Part shown: one piece after another, positions 18,583 to 28,656 of the stretch | How the letters are laid out: each line of letters begins with the position of its first letter | How positions within the stretch are numbered: the stretch's first letter is position 1 | From: a virus | Virus record (IMG/VR): IMGVR_UViG_3300014202_000736 | Strand: one strand, 5' to 3' | Length of the DNA stretch: 62,651 bases | Program-made: the position numbers and the translations under genes | The notes under the pieces: model-generated | The model's input: only the letters and a program-made list of their open reading frames with translations | The model's database searches: none | What the model was told of the DNA's origin: nothing

Positions 18583-19569
18583 TTATGCGTTGACCCGGCT
18601 GCGGATGCGAACACCCGGCAGGTTCTTGATGCTGTTGGTGGCATTGAGCCAATTGGCTGCAGTGGCCACCGCAGCAGCGGACGGGTTGACGCCGCCACCT
18701 GCCTGATCCCAGGCCATCCCGAGGATGCGCAACGAGTACGCGAACTCGGCCTGGTACCGGTAGATGATGTTCTCGAAGCCCGAGAGACGCTCGAAGATGA
18801 GCTCGCGGTCTTCGCTCTCCGTCAACGCCACGGCGTCGTCGGAAAGGCCGAGCGTGATGTATTCGTCCACGCCAGCTCCACCGCCGTCTTCGACGAACAA
18901 CGCCGGGCTGTCGGTCACCAGCGTCGGCAAGCCGAGCGTGGCAATCGTGCCCTGGTAGATCGTCGTGCCGGCGACCGAGTCGAGGTCCATGGCCAGCTGA
19001 GTGCCAACGATCGAATGGAACACGCTCGAGTGCATGACCCACAGACGAATGCGGCTGAACGCGTCACCGAACTTGCCACGCGCCGAGGCGAGGTGTGTGT
19101 GGTCGATGGCCACGTTGACGTCGACGTTGATGTCAGCGATGCCCGACAGAGCTGCATTGACGGCGGCGAGCGCAGTGTTAACCTGCTCCGCTGCTTCGTC
19201 GGCCGCGGCCTGCTGCCCGATGATGTAGCTCATCTCCTCGGGATCTTCACCGATCTTCTTGAACGCGTCAGCGGTCTGAGCGATCGGGCCGTGGCGGCGG
19301 TTGAGCTTGACGGCCGTGAATTCGCCCATCTGAAGCTTGTTGTCCGCAACCGGGGCGACGCTGGTGACGTCACGGCGCTGAGCCGTGCCGGCCAATGCCT
19401 TGATGAACGACTCCGACTCGAAGTCGCCGATCATTGCCTGGGTGACGAGTGTGATGGCGCCGTTCGAAGCAGCGTTGAACGCATCGACGTTCTGCTGCTG
19501 GATTTCGAAGTAACCGCCGTAGTACTGGTCGTTGTAGATCTTGAAGTCTTGCTTCGTACCTGCAGCCAT
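18583..19569 (-). CDS. Major capsid protein
   Basis: 328 aa, immediately after the scaffold gene. The upstream SD is strong (ggaggcatcc). Confidence 0.75.
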   Translation of the reverse strand: MAAGTKQDFKIYNDQYYGGYFEIQQQNVDAFNAASNGAITLVTQAMIGDFESESFIKALAGTAQRRDVTSVAPVADNKLQMGEFTAVKLNRRHGPIAQTADAFKKIGEDPEEMSYIIGQQAAADEAAEQVNTALAAVNAALSGIADINVDVNVAIDHTHLASARGKFGDAFSRIRLWVMHSSVFHSIVGTQLAMDLDSVAGTTIYQGTIATLGLPTLVTDSPALFVEDGGGAGVDEYITLGLSDDAVALTESEDRELIFERLSGFENIIYRYQAEFAYSLRILGMAWDQAGGGVNPSAAAVATAANWLNATNSIKNLPGVRIRSRVNA

Positions 19570-19593
19570 GGATGCCTCCTATGGGGATTGCCG

Positions 19594-20451
19594 CTATTCG
19601 GCGTTAGCGAGTCTGGACTCTTCCGAGACCCGCTGGTTGAACGCTGGAAGTCCGATCTCGCTGATCAGAGCTGCCTTGTCCTTGCGACTCATCTGAGACA
19701 GTTTGCGACCGCTTTGGTCTCCGCCACCTCCGTTGGATCGACGACGCTGTTCGTCGCGTTCCCCGGTGCCTGACACGCCGTCGCCCTCGAAAAGCTTCGA
19801 GAACTTGTCGTGCTTTTTGAACTCGCCCACGAGCTGCTCGATCTTCATCGGATTGCCTTGGCTGTCGCCGATCCGAACGTTTCCTGCCGCGTCGATCACC
19901 TTGATCTTCGGCGTGATGTTGCCAGAGTCGTCTTCGTCCAGGTCCAGATGGATCGTGGGGAGGACGTGCGGCAGCAGGAGGTCAGGATCACCCTTTTCGG
20001 ATATAATAGCCTTGAGGGCGGCGTCGTGTACCAGAGCTTTCCGAAGCAGGGCGTCCCGCCCTTGGATCTTCTTGTCGCGGGCCGACAATTCATCGGCGTG
20101 GCGTTCGTTCAGCTGGCTCAGCTGAGCGCCGACCTTCTCTTCAACGAGTCGATCGACGTCCTTCTTCGGATCGAGATCACCGAGCTCGTCCACCTTCGCA
20201 ATGGCGGCCTTGGCTTTCTCGGGGTCAATCCCCTCGAACGCTTTGACCTTCTGGCGAGTCTTCCCATGCTCCGTCCGCTCAGCGGACAGGGCAGTCTTCA
20301 GACCCTCGACATTCTCAAGTGCAAACCCGTCGGTCGGGTCGACATTGAGAACAAACTTCCCGTCAGTGCCTTCATCGGCCGTCCCGGCACGATATAGTGA
20401 ACGCACATTCTCAGGGGCGTCTTCCAGTTTTGCGATGATAGCTTTGAGCAC
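19594..20451 (-). CDS. Scaffolding protein
   Basis: Charged helical protein between the Mu-F-like and capsid genes. It starts at a GTG with a ggagaga SD. Confidence 0.65.
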   Translation of the reverse strand: MLKAIIAKLEDAPENVRSLYRAGTADEGTDGKFVLNVDPTDGFALENVEGLKTALSAERTEHGKTRQKVKAFEGIDPEKAKAAIAKVDELGDLDPKKDVDRLVEEKVGAQLSQLNERHADELSARDKKIQGRDALLRKALVHDAALKAIISEKGDPDLLLPHVLPTIHLDLDEDDSGNITPKIKVIDAAGNVRIGDSQGNPMKIEQLVGEFKKHDKFSKLFEGDGVSGTGERDEQRRRSNGGGGDQSGRKLSQMSRKDKAALISEIGLPAFNQRVSEESRLANAE

Positions 20452-20587
20452 ATCTCTCTCCGTCGGTAGGCCCCTTCCTGGGGCAAGAAGGACCGCATCC
20501 CGCCGGCCCAACGCATGAACGGCGCACCAGCGCCAGGTTCAATGGTTCGATGATGTACCTTGAAGTGAGGGCTCGTGTAAATAGCCC

Positions 20588-21670
20588 TTAGATGCCGGCC
20601 CGCTGGAATGCTCCAGGATGGAGTTTACGCAGCTGGTCGAGCGTCAGGCCGCGCCCTGTGTTCTCGTCGACGAACTTGTCCAAGGTCAGGCCGCCGTCAC
20701 GAAACAACTTTCCTTTGGCTTCACCAAGCACATCGTCCTGAAACGATTGAGGTTGGCGCTGGAGCCAATCGGAGTAAGTGGTCTCGGCCGGCACGGCACC
20801 GTTCATCGACACCCTGGTGCCTTTCGGCGCTTCCTCGAGGTCAATACCCAACTCCTTCCAGCTTTTCGTCACCGGCACAATCGTGCTTCGACAATTTGGG
20901 TGGGCTGGGGGCCTTGGACCCTTGTTCAACGGAAACGTCTTGCCATCTCTAGACCGGCAGATGGGGCTGGTGCGACCGTCAAGCACAGAGACCCACTGCA
21001 CCGAGGAGATGACGTCACTGTTGTTTTCGAACGTGGCGTGCCTGGCCGTCTGGGCCACGTGGGCGATGGTGGTTCTGGCCAAGGCCTCGGCTGAGCGACG
21101 AAGCAAGCCCTGCACCGCGCCGTCTCGATAACCCATGGCCCTGGTGCCTCGGATCCGACGAATGGTCTGCTCAACTGTCTCGCCCTCGATGACGCTCATT
21201 CGAACCTGTTGCGTGATCCTGAACTTCTGAGCCTGGGAATAGTCTCGGAACCACTCCTTCATCAAGCGGCCCTCGAACGGCCTGGCGTTGACGGCGGCCC
21301 AGAGTTGGGCAGCGCTGAGGGTGTTGAAGCTGATTGCCACCGGAATGACGGTCTCCAGGGTCGCCAAGGTCCACCCCGCCTCGTAGGAGGCAAGGTCTCG
21401 CATTTGAAGGATCTGTGCCTCCTGCATCGACCGAGCCACCTCGTCCGACATGGTCTGGAGATCTTTCAGCAGCTCTTGAAGTCGCTTCGTGTTGATGGTG
21501 CCAGCTGTGGTGACGTCGATCAGACGCTTTCCAAGGACGGCTGAGACGTCGTCTTGGAGCTCTTGAAGAAACCGTTGAAGGTCACGAAGCTGGTTGGCCT
21601 TGAAGCGCTCAAGGTAAACCTGGTGACGGATGAACTCGTCGAACAGGGTCTCGTTGACCGTATCGGCCAC
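20588..21670 (-). CDS. Head morphogenesis protein (SPP1 gp7 / Mu F-like)
   Basis: The motif is LDGRTSPICRSRDGKTF...PPAHPNCRST. Confidence 0.85.
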   Translation of the reverse strand: MADTVNETLFDEFIRHQVYLERFKANQLRDLQRFLQELQDDVSAVLGKRLIDVTTAGTINTKRLQELLKDLQTMSDEVARSMQEAQILQMRDLASYEAGWTLATLETVIPVAISFNTLSAAQLWAAVNARPFEGRLMKEWFRDYSQAQKFRITQQVRMSVIEGETVEQTIRRIRGTRAMGYRDGAVQGLLRRSAEALARTTIAHVAQTARHATFENNSDVISSVQWVSVLDGRTSPICRSRDGKTFPLNKGPRPPAHPNCRSTIVPVTKSWKELGIDLEEAPKGTRVSMNGAVPAETTYSDWLQRQPQSFQDDVLGEAKGKLFRDGGLTLDKFVDENTGRGLTLDQLRKLHPGAFQRAGI

Positions 21671-21673
21671 CGG

Positions 21674-23179
21674 CTACGCCTCGATCCTAGGTCCTGCCTG
21701 GGTCACAGCAGCGCCGCCCTCGTTGACAGCACCGGTCACGTTGGCCGGTGGGATGAGCGTTTCGAGCTCATCGTCCAGCTCATCTCCCTCGGCCTTGTCG
21801 TCGAAGTCCTCAGGAAGGAGGCTATTGTATCGAAGCACCCGCCACAACGTGCCGCGGCTGATGTCGCCCATCTGGCGGACTTTGAGAAGAATGTTCAGAT
21901 CCGCGTCGCTGAGCACGTGGGTGAAGTCAAGGTTCATGTCGACCTTGCCCACCCTCTCGAGTGAGCCGTTGCCGCCCAGGAACTTGTCGGTGTAGATCAG
22001 GCCGAGTTCAATGGAGTCCTTGAGACCAAGAGCCCAAAGCTGCATGACGCTCGAGCCTTCCTTGGCGTCGATGACGCGACCCGAGGCGGACTCCACAGTG
22101 CCGACCTCGCCGGGTTTATCGAACTGGGCTCCGAACGCCCGCATCTGGTCAACAAGATCGTTGATCTCATTTCGTCCAGCCTCTAGATGACGCCCCTGGC
22201 TTTCGACGAACTTGAGATCCACGGCCTTAGAGCCGTCGCCGCCCTTCAAGCCCGTGATCGCGTTCGGCCCGACCTTGATGTTTTCCAGGTCGCCGTCGTA
22301 GTTCAGGGCCACGAGCATGGGGAAGGAGTTGACCTGCAAGATGCGACGCTGCTCGCTGCGGATCTGGAAGTGCTCCAGGTTCATGTCCGCCAGGTCGTCG
22401 AGAGGGTTCTCCGCCTGGAAGAAGCCAGTGCGACCGAAGTAGACAGGCACCAAGGGCACGATGCCAAGCAGGTTTCGACCTTCTTCCACCTGTGTCCACA
22501 CCGTTCGCTTGGTGCGCGGCACGGACCGAAGCTCGAACACCCGCCAGACAGTAGGCTCAATCACCTTGATCTGCGTGACGAACTCGCTCTCGAACTCGTT
22601 GATGACTCGCTCAACCGTTTGATAGAAGCGGAGATGGGCGATGGCCTGCTCGCCATTGGTCACCTGGCTTCGAAGGCTGATCAGGTCTTCGATCTTGATT
22701 TGGCGCCAGTACGGCCCAGTTCGACGCTGCTGGTCAGCTTGGGCCGTGTTCGGAATGTCGCGATCTCGGTCCACGAGAAACAGCCCGAGACCGCAACCAC
22801 CGAGGGCGTCGACCATCAGGTCTCGGGCGAAGGCCTGAACGTCGGTGCCGGCCCGGTCGACGTCCCAGAGGATCTCTTGGATGATGGCGCTGGGCTTCTC
22901 AACCTGGAAGGGTTTAGCGAACATTTTACCAGCTCGGACCTGGACGGTCCGACGAAAGAAGTTGCGAAGCCTGGCCGTCTTGTTCCGATAGAGCCAATCG
23001 TCGTCGGCCTCGACCGGGTGCTGAGGCAGCCACACCTTCAAACCGGCCTGCATGCCCGCCGTGCCCTGCATCAGAGCTCGAGGCAGCTTCGCCTTGGCAA
23101 TCATCTCCGAGATCCATTGGTCCTGCCTGGACGGATCAGGAGGTGGGGCCGTGCGGGCGTTGGTTGGCGCTCGAGCCAT
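21674..23179 (-). CDS. Portal protein
   Basis: 501 aa, directly upstream of the Mu-F-like gene. Confidence 0.75.
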   Translation of the reverse strand: MARAPTNARTAPPPDPSRQDQWISEMIAKAKLPRALMQGTAGMQAGLKVWLPQHPVEADDDWLYRNKTARLRNFFRRTVQVRAGKMFAKPFQVEKPSAIIQEILWDVDRAGTDVQAFARDLMVDALGGCGLGLFLVDRDRDIPNTAQADQQRRTGPYWRQIKIEDLISLRSQVTNGEQAIAHLRFYQTVERVINEFESEFVTQIKVIEPTVWRVFELRSVPRTKRTVWTQVEEGRNLLGIVPLVPVYFGRTGFFQAENPLDDLADMNLEHFQIRSEQRRILQVNSFPMLVALNYDGDLENIKVGPNAITGLKGGDGSKAVDLKFVESQGRHLEAGRNEINDLVDQMRAFGAQFDKPGEVGTVESASGRVIDAKEGSSVMQLWALGLKDSIELGLIYTDKFLGGNGSLERVGKVDMNLDFTHVLSDADLNILLKVRQMGDISRGTLWRVLRYNSLLPEDFDDKAEGDELDDELETLIPPANVTGAVNEGGAAVTQAGPRIEA

Positions 23180-23436
23180 TACGTGGTCTCCACAGGATCA
23201 AGCTCCACCACGATCATGTGGGGGATGATGGTTGACTGGCGAACCTTCTTCACCTTGAACTTTTCACCGTCCACCGGGAAGTCGCTGCCATCGGGTGGCC
23301 GATACGAGGTGGGTGGCACATACGCGACACTCGCGTGGCCGAGGATGACGTTGAAGCCTGCGGTCACGTTGTGGCCGTCAATGCTGAGCGTCAGGCGCTT
23401 GCCATTTTCGATGTGGTACTTTTTGTCGTCGGTCAT
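23179..23436 (-). CDS. Hypothetical protein (85 aa)
   Basis: ORF translationally coupled on both sides. Confidence 0.5.
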   Translation of the reverse strand: MTDDKKYHIENGKRLTLSIDGHNVTAGFNVILGHASVAYVPPTSYRPPDGSDFPVDGEKFKVKKVRQSTIIPHMIVVELDPVETT

Positions 23437-23801
23437 AGCTGGACTACCTGAAGCACGAGGGTTCGCTGGCGGCGTCGTGGTGGCACGTTGTCGGTGACGA
23501 GAGTGAGCTCCATGGCCAGGCCAGCGCCGTCGCCATCGTAAGCCACGTCATCCCAAAACAGCTCGTCGATCTCGAACCAGACCGTGATGTTGTCACCGTC
23601 GGTGGACTCGTCATAGCCACCGCCACTCTTGATCTCGAGGCCTAGAGCGATCGCCTCGGGATAGAGTGCAAGCGTAAAGGTGTCAACCGCCTCGTTGTCC
23701 TCAAGCAGCTTGGTGCCTGGCTGTTTCAGCCTGAACTTGTAGTCCAGAAGCTCGGCCGGGTCCATCTCCGCGAGGATGAATGCTTTCGGTGGGATTGGCA
23801 T
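23433..23801 (-). CDS. Hypothetical acidic protein (122 aa)
   Basis: ORF with a gggaggaag SD. Confidence 0.5.
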   Translation of the reverse strand: MPIPPKAFILAEMDPAELLDYKFRLKQPGTKLLEDNEAVDTFTLALYPEAIALGLEIKSGGGYDESTDGDNITVWFEIDELFWDDVAYDGDGAGLAMELTLVTDNVPPRRRQRTLVLQVVQL

Positions 23802-23861
23802 TAGCCTATCTTCCTCCCATAGGTTCTGGCGTTCCTAGCATATTTTTCTCGATGATAAAAC

Positions 23862-26381
23862 CTATGCAACATCCGTCCAGCGGTCTTCCTCACCAGAACC
23901 CCCTAAATCCGCACTCCGGGACTTGTCACCAGGACCCTGAGCGGCCCTGTTCACCAAGGTGCCGTCCGGGTTGATGAAACGGTCTTCAGTTGTGCTGCCT
24001 GCGATGACCACCTGGCGTTCCTCAGGCGTGGGCGCCTCGATGTGGTAGATGGTCAGGTGGTCGAGCTCGCTGAGCGACACGAGGGCGTTGACGAGGATTT
24101 GGATCTTGAAAAGAATGTCTAGCTCGTCCACCATCGACAAGGAGACGTTGTCGTTGACAGCTAACCCAGTTCTCGGAGCCAGGGTGATGTTCTCCACGGC
24201 CGCCAACGACATAGCACTAGCCATCGTGAGCTCGCCGTTGTAGGTGAGGAGGACAAGGTCCACCAGTCCCGACGACAGAGCGGTGTCGACCAGGAGCGAG
24301 GTCCTGGGCGCGATGGTCGGGGCCTCAACCTGAGTCTCGGAGACGGCGGCGCTCAAGACCAGCTCAGTGCGTGGCAAGACGATGACGTTGTCGGCCAGGC
24401 TTGTCGACGTTGCCGAGTCAGCCAGGATCTGGGTCGTGAGACTAAGGTTATCGGCACTCGAGAGCGAGATACCGCCGTTGATTGTCAGCACGGTCTTAGG
24501 TGCCAAGATCACGTTGTCAGCCTGACCGAGACTTGTGGCCGAAGCCATGGTCAACGTAGTCTTCGGAGAGATGGTAACGTTGCCAGCCTCGGTGAGGCTA
24601 GTCGCCGCCTGCATCGCCAGTGTCGTCTTCGGCGACAACGTCACGCCGTCAGCCAAGGCCAAACTGGTGGCCGAGTTCAGAGTCAACGTCGTCTTCGGCG
24701 ACAAGGTCGGTGAGGTCGTGGTCGCCAGGCTTGTGCTAGCCTGCACGGTGAGAGCGGTCTTCGGCGTCAGGATAACGGCTCCTGCAAGAGATGCAGAGGT
24801 AGCGGAAGCCGGCGCGATCGACGTTTTCGGCAGAAGTGAAATGGTATCTACTAAACTGTCACTCGTAGCTGCTTGAAGTGCAAGGCTTGTCTTCGGCGCG
24901 ATCGTGACGTTGCCAGTCGTGGCACCAGACACCGCAGCCGAAGGTGCTATTGACGTCTTTGGCGCAAGCAACACATTGTCCGCCGAACCGCCGCTGGCCG
25001 CGGCCGCCGGTGCGAGCGCGGTGTTGGACGCCAGCGTCACATTCCCGGCAAGGCTCGCCGAACCCGCCGCGGCGACCGTTAACGCCCAGCGCGGGGTGAG
25101 AGTGAGGATATTCTTATTGCGCAAGATGATGTTGTCGACAGTGCCGACGAAGTTGCCGCCGACGATTGTCAGCGGAGTCGAATTGGCGGCCTGAACGCCG
25201 GTGGGGATCGTCCACGGGGCGCCGGTGCCGATCGGGAATGAAGTCGTGAAGGTGCCGAACTGGACGTCGACGCCGGCGCCGCTGGTGAGCACAACGTCGA
25301 TCAGGATCTCATAATTCCCGCCAGCGCCTACCGAAGTCGGGTCGACCCCGGTGGCGACCAGGTTGCCGGCCGAACTCGAAGGCTTCGACGCCACCCCGCT
25401 CGAGATTACCCAGGGCGAGTTTGCCGCCCATCCTGTGCCGCTCACGAACGTCCCGTCGATCGGAAGCAGATTGACGAACGCTTGGGGATGCGGGCCGATG
25501 CTCGGCGAAACAGCATTAGCGACGACCAAAGCTATCGACGCAGTTGGTGATACCACAACATTGTCGACCAAGCTCAACGACGTCGCATTCGCCGGCACGA
25601 TATCGGTGTTGGGCGAGAGAGTCGGGATGGTTGTGGTCGACGTGCTACTCGCAGCGGCTGCGGTGATGACATCGATGCCAGTAATGGTTGGTGAGTCGGT
25701 TGAGCTTGCGCTCGTGCAGCTAGCGACTGTCAAAGGCCAAGACGGGACGCTGATGTCGAGCTCGATGATCGCCGAACAGAACTCTGAAGCCGAGGCGTTC
25801 CCCCAAGTCTGCGTCGTCGCGGTTTCGCCGCTGTCCCGAGTAATTAAATGAGTGCCAGTGGTCGGCGTCGCATAACCGTTGTCGAAGCGCTCGGTGAACC
25901 CGGTCCGAGGGGTCATTGCAGGAGGATTGGTAGAGTTGAACACCGCTCCGATGATGGCGTTGGCCGTCAACGGCGCCGAGCCGAACACCGGAGCTGGAGT
26001 AGCCGCCGCCTGGTTAGCTTGGGAGGCACTTTGCCGAACTGCGTTTGCGCCGGTACGCGACATACCGGTGACTTTGAAAATAGCCATGCCACCGCCGGTC
26101 GTCGTCCCGGGAGCGTGAGTGAATATGGTGCTAGACGCCGCCGAGATGAAGGCGTCCCGAACGAAGATTTGCAGAGCGTCCGCGTTGGTCGCTTTTCTGA
26201 CTGGAACAATTTGCGTGTAGGTGCCGCTCGAATTATTATCAGTCGGAGTAGCCTGGCTGGTGTTCCCAGTATGCCAAGTGACGATGACGATCAGATCACC
26301 AACGGACGGCGTCGCGGTGACGGTTTTCGTCCCGCTCGTCGTATTATTGATGACGGTCCCGAGAAGTGTTACAGCGGCCAT
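23862..26381 (-). CDS. Large repeat protein (839 aa, fibre-like) with an N-terminal globular domain and about 15 tandem 22-aa repeats
   Basis: The P(K/R)T motif recurs at residues 430, 474, 496, 518, 540, 562, 584, 606, 628, 670, 692 and 736. Degenerate units lie at the intervening 22-residue steps (about 452, 650 and 714). Confidence 0.6.
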   Translation of the reverse strand: MAAVTLLGTVINNTTSGTKTVTATPSVGDLIVIVTWHTGNTSQATPTDNNSSGTYTQIVPVRKATNADALQIFVRDAFISAASSTIFTHAPGTTTGGGMAIFKVTGMSRTGANAVRQSASQANQAAATPAPVFGSAPLTANAIIGAVFNSTNPPAMTPRTGFTERFDNGYATPTTGTHLITRDSGETATTQTWGNASASEFCSAIIELDISVPSWPLTVASCTSASSTDSPTITGIDVITAAAASSTSTTTIPTLSPNTDIVPANATSLSLVDNVVVSPTASIALVVANAVSPSIGPHPQAFVNLLPIDGTFVSGTGWAANSPWVISSGVASKPSSSAGNLVATGVDPTSVGAGGNYEILIDVVLTSGAGVDVQFGTFTTSFPIGTGAPWTIPTGVQAANSTPLTIVGGNFVGTVDNIILRNKNILTLTPRWALTVAAAGSASLAGNVTLASNTALAPAAAASGGSADNVLLAPKTSIAPSAAVSGATTGNVTIAPKTSLALQAATSDSLVDTISLLPKTSIAPASATSASLAGAVILTPKTALTVQASTSLATTTSPTLSPKTTLTLNSATSLALADGVTLSPKTTLAMQAATSLTEAGNVTISPKTTLTMASATSLGQADNVILAPKTVLTINGGISLSSADNLSLTTQILADSATSTSLADNVIVLPRTELVLSAAVSETQVEAPTIAPRTSLLVDTALSSGLVDLVLLTYNGELTMASAMSLAAVENITLAPRTGLAVNDNVSLSMVDELDILFKIQILVNALVSLSELDHLTIYHIEAPTPEERQVVIAGSTTEDRFINPDGTLVNRAAQGPGDKSRSADLGGSGEEDRWTDVA
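24111..25109 (-). repeat. About 15 tandem 66-nt (22-codon) repeats inside the 839-aa gene
   Basis: The plus strand shows recurring gtcttcggcgacaa-type units. The protein consensus is xPKTxLxxxxAxSLxxxxxVxL. Confidence 0.75.
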
Positions 26382-26417
26382 CTAGGGGTGGTTTCCTTCC
26401 CCGTTAGAGGGCGCCGA

Positions 26418-26789
26418 TTAGGTCGGGTTGTTGATCTCGTACTTCCAGGCCGGAATGTCGACCGTGCCGCCCGTGTTGATCGCTTGGCTGGTGCAGGTGG
26501 TCACAAGATCCAGCTGTGCGCGGCCCGAGCTGCTCAACGAGACGTGGGTGGCGGTGCCGCTGGTTGAGACCGAGATGCCTGTCTTGGCGCCGGTCGTAGC
26601 CTTCCGACCGCTCGTGTCGCCGTTCGCCAGCGTGTAGTCGCCCGAGGCCATCGCGACTTCGGCGAGCTTGTACGTGGTAACTTCGGCGTAGGTGGTCGGC
26701 TGAGCCGACTCGACAACCTGGCGGTTGCTATTGGTCTTGATGTCGTTGAGGGCGAGATCAAGGACCGCGGTTGCTACTGCTTTGGCCAT
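26418..26789 (-). CDS. Hypothetical protein (123 aa), probably a virion protein
   Basis: ORF in the TerL-portal insert. Confidence 0.45.
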   Translation of the reverse strand: MAKAVATAVLDLALNDIKTNSNRQVVESAQPTTYAEVTTYKLAEVAMASGDYTLANGDTSGRKATTGAKTGISVSTSGTATHVSLSSSGRAQLDLVTTCTSQAINTGGTVDIPAWKYEINNPT

Positions 26790-26792
26790 GGA

Positions 26793-27206
26793 TTAGGTTC
26801 CCGACTTTCCCTCGACGTCCCTGACGGCGAGCTTAGGTGGAGCATCGCCGTGCGATGCCATGGGGTTTCCGTCCGCCACCTGGGCAACCGAGGTGCCAGG
26901 CGCGACGCCTTCGCGGCCCACACCGATGATCGTGTCGGGGTCGATCGTCTCGTTGCCGCTCGGGTCTTCAGGATCGAAGTTGATCTCGGCGTTCGTGAGC
27001 TCCCTGGTCGGCTCTTTGTCCGAATACTCGGTGCCGTTGAAGGCAAGATCGAAATAGGTAGCAGCCGCAGGATCTTCAAACTTCACCACCTCACCTTTGT
27101 GGAAGGCAAGCCTGCCATGAAGCACCTTCTCGGTGAACTCGATGGTGTCCTTCTTGGGATCCTTTTTTGCCAGCAACGCGTGGCCGGCATTGAGGGTTTT
27201 GGTCAT
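26793..27206 (-). CDS. Hypothetical protein (137 aa)
   Basis: ORF in the TerL-portal insert. Confidence 0.45.
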   Translation of the reverse strand: MTKTLNAGHALLAKKDPKKDTIEFTEKVLHGRLAFHKGEVVKFEDPAAATYFDLAFNGTEYSDKEPTRELTNAEINFDPEDPSGNETIDPDTIIGVGREGVAPGTSVAQVADGNPMASHGDAPPKLAVRDVEGKSGT

Positions 27207-27222
27207 GCAGGATCTCCCTTAT

Positions 27223-28656
27223 TCAACGGCTCGAGAACATACCCCTTCTTGAGGCTGATTGTACATCTCGGACAGCCAACTCGGTCACGGCCCACACCAG
27301 TGCGTCCATCCTGTCCACCAGCATCTTGCCGGCCTTGGCTGGCTCATAGGCCACCATCTGGTCCTCCAGCTTCTTGTGCATGCCCACATGGTGAACCAGG
27401 CCTCTTTCGTACAGAGCGCTGACTGGCTCGGCCCGGGTGAGCTTGCCTCGGCTGGCGTGGACTTCTTTGTAGCTGAACAAGCTCCGGTCGGCCAGACTGG
27501 TCTTCAACACCTCTTTCACCAAGGCGCCGCCGTTGTTGACCTCGGCCACGATCTTGTCAGCCTTGAGCCTCACGTACGTGGACACGGCCCGCCTAGCCCA
27601 CTCAGCCGGCGTGCCTTGAAGAGATTGGTCCTCAAGCACGTAGACGTGGCCTCTCGCGTCAACGCCAGCCGCGATGATGCCGGTGTCAGCATGTTCACCT
27701 TCACTGACCGAGGGATCGATCGCTACCACGAGCCTGATGATCTCAGGCACCTTGTTGGGATCCACCCGGTTGTCATCGATGATCTTCGGAGACCACAGCG
27801 CGCCCATGTTCTCCAGGAGCAGCTCGCCCTCAATCTCCTGGCGGCCAAGCCTGGTGCCCTCGTAGCTGCTGATGATGTCCTCGAAGAACGACTCGTCCAG
27901 GTTCTCTCGGTTCTCATACGTAGAGCCCGTGGTCAGGATCGTTCGAGGCCGGTTGATGATGCTCAGCTTGCCTTCGAAGTCGACAAGCGGCGGCCTCGGC
28001 TTCGGCGTGGTGGTCACGCACACCTGAGGTGGCAGGTTCTTCGCTCGGACCAACCTCATGCCGAACATGAGCATATCCCAAGTGGCTCTAGGATCGGCCC
28101 AAGCGGCAAGCTCGTCGGTCCAGGCTGCATGGTGCTGAGGACCACGCAGACGCTCAGCTTCCTCAGCCGAGTAGAGGAAGCCCATGCTGCCGTCCTTCCA
28201 AGTCAGCCGCCTTTTCGAGCTCTCATATCTCGGCATGTTCCACGGAGGTGAGATGTTCAGAATTCCTGAGTCGCCTTCGAGCATAACGTCGCGGGCGTCG
28301 CCTGCGGTCGGAGCCACCAACGCCACGCGGATCGGCTTCTTCAGCACCCGCTGCGCGTATTCGACCGAGCTCCTGATGAACTGGCTGCCCAGCTCGGTCT
28401 TGCCGTAGCCTCGGCCTGCCATGTTCAGCCAGATCGTCCACGGCTTGGTGGTGTCTCGCTTGACTGTTCGGCCAGCCGGGTTCTCGCCTTCGTCATATAG
28501 GCCTGGCATCATCTGCTTCGGCCTGGCCTTCGCCGCCCACAGATATTGGAGCTTCTTTTTCTCCCTCGGCTCCATCGACGCCAAGATTTTAGCGACCAGC
28601 GTCGCCTCGGTCTTCGGCAGCTGGCTCAGCGCTTCGGTGAGGGTTCGGACAGTCAT
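27223..28656 (-). CDS. terL: Terminase large subunit
   Basis: The Walker A motif is NMAGRGYGKT. VALVAPTAGDARD and a C-terminal nuclease-like region (VAIDPS...) are also present. 477 aa. Confidence 0.9.
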   Translation of the reverse strand: MTVRTLTEALSQLPKTEATLVAKILASMEPREKKKLQYLWAAKARPKQMMPGLYDEGENPAGRTVKRDTTKPWTIWLNMAGRGYGKTELGSQFIRSSVEYAQRVLKKPIRVALVAPTAGDARDVMLEGDSGILNISPPWNMPRYESSKRRLTWKDGSMGFLYSAEEAERLRGPQHHAAWTDELAAWADPRATWDMLMFGMRLVRAKNLPPQVCVTTTPKPRPPLVDFEGKLSIINRPRTILTTGSTYENRENLDESFFEDIISSYEGTRLGRQEIEGELLLENMGALWSPKIIDDNRVDPNKVPEIIRLVVAIDPSVSEGEHADTGIIAAGVDARGHVYVLEDQSLQGTPAEWARRAVSTYVRLKADKIVAEVNNGGALVKEVLKTSLADRSLFSYKEVHASRGKLTRAEPVSALYERGLVHHVGMHKKLEDQMVAYEPAKAGKMLVDRMDALVWAVTELAVRDVQSASRRGMFSSR

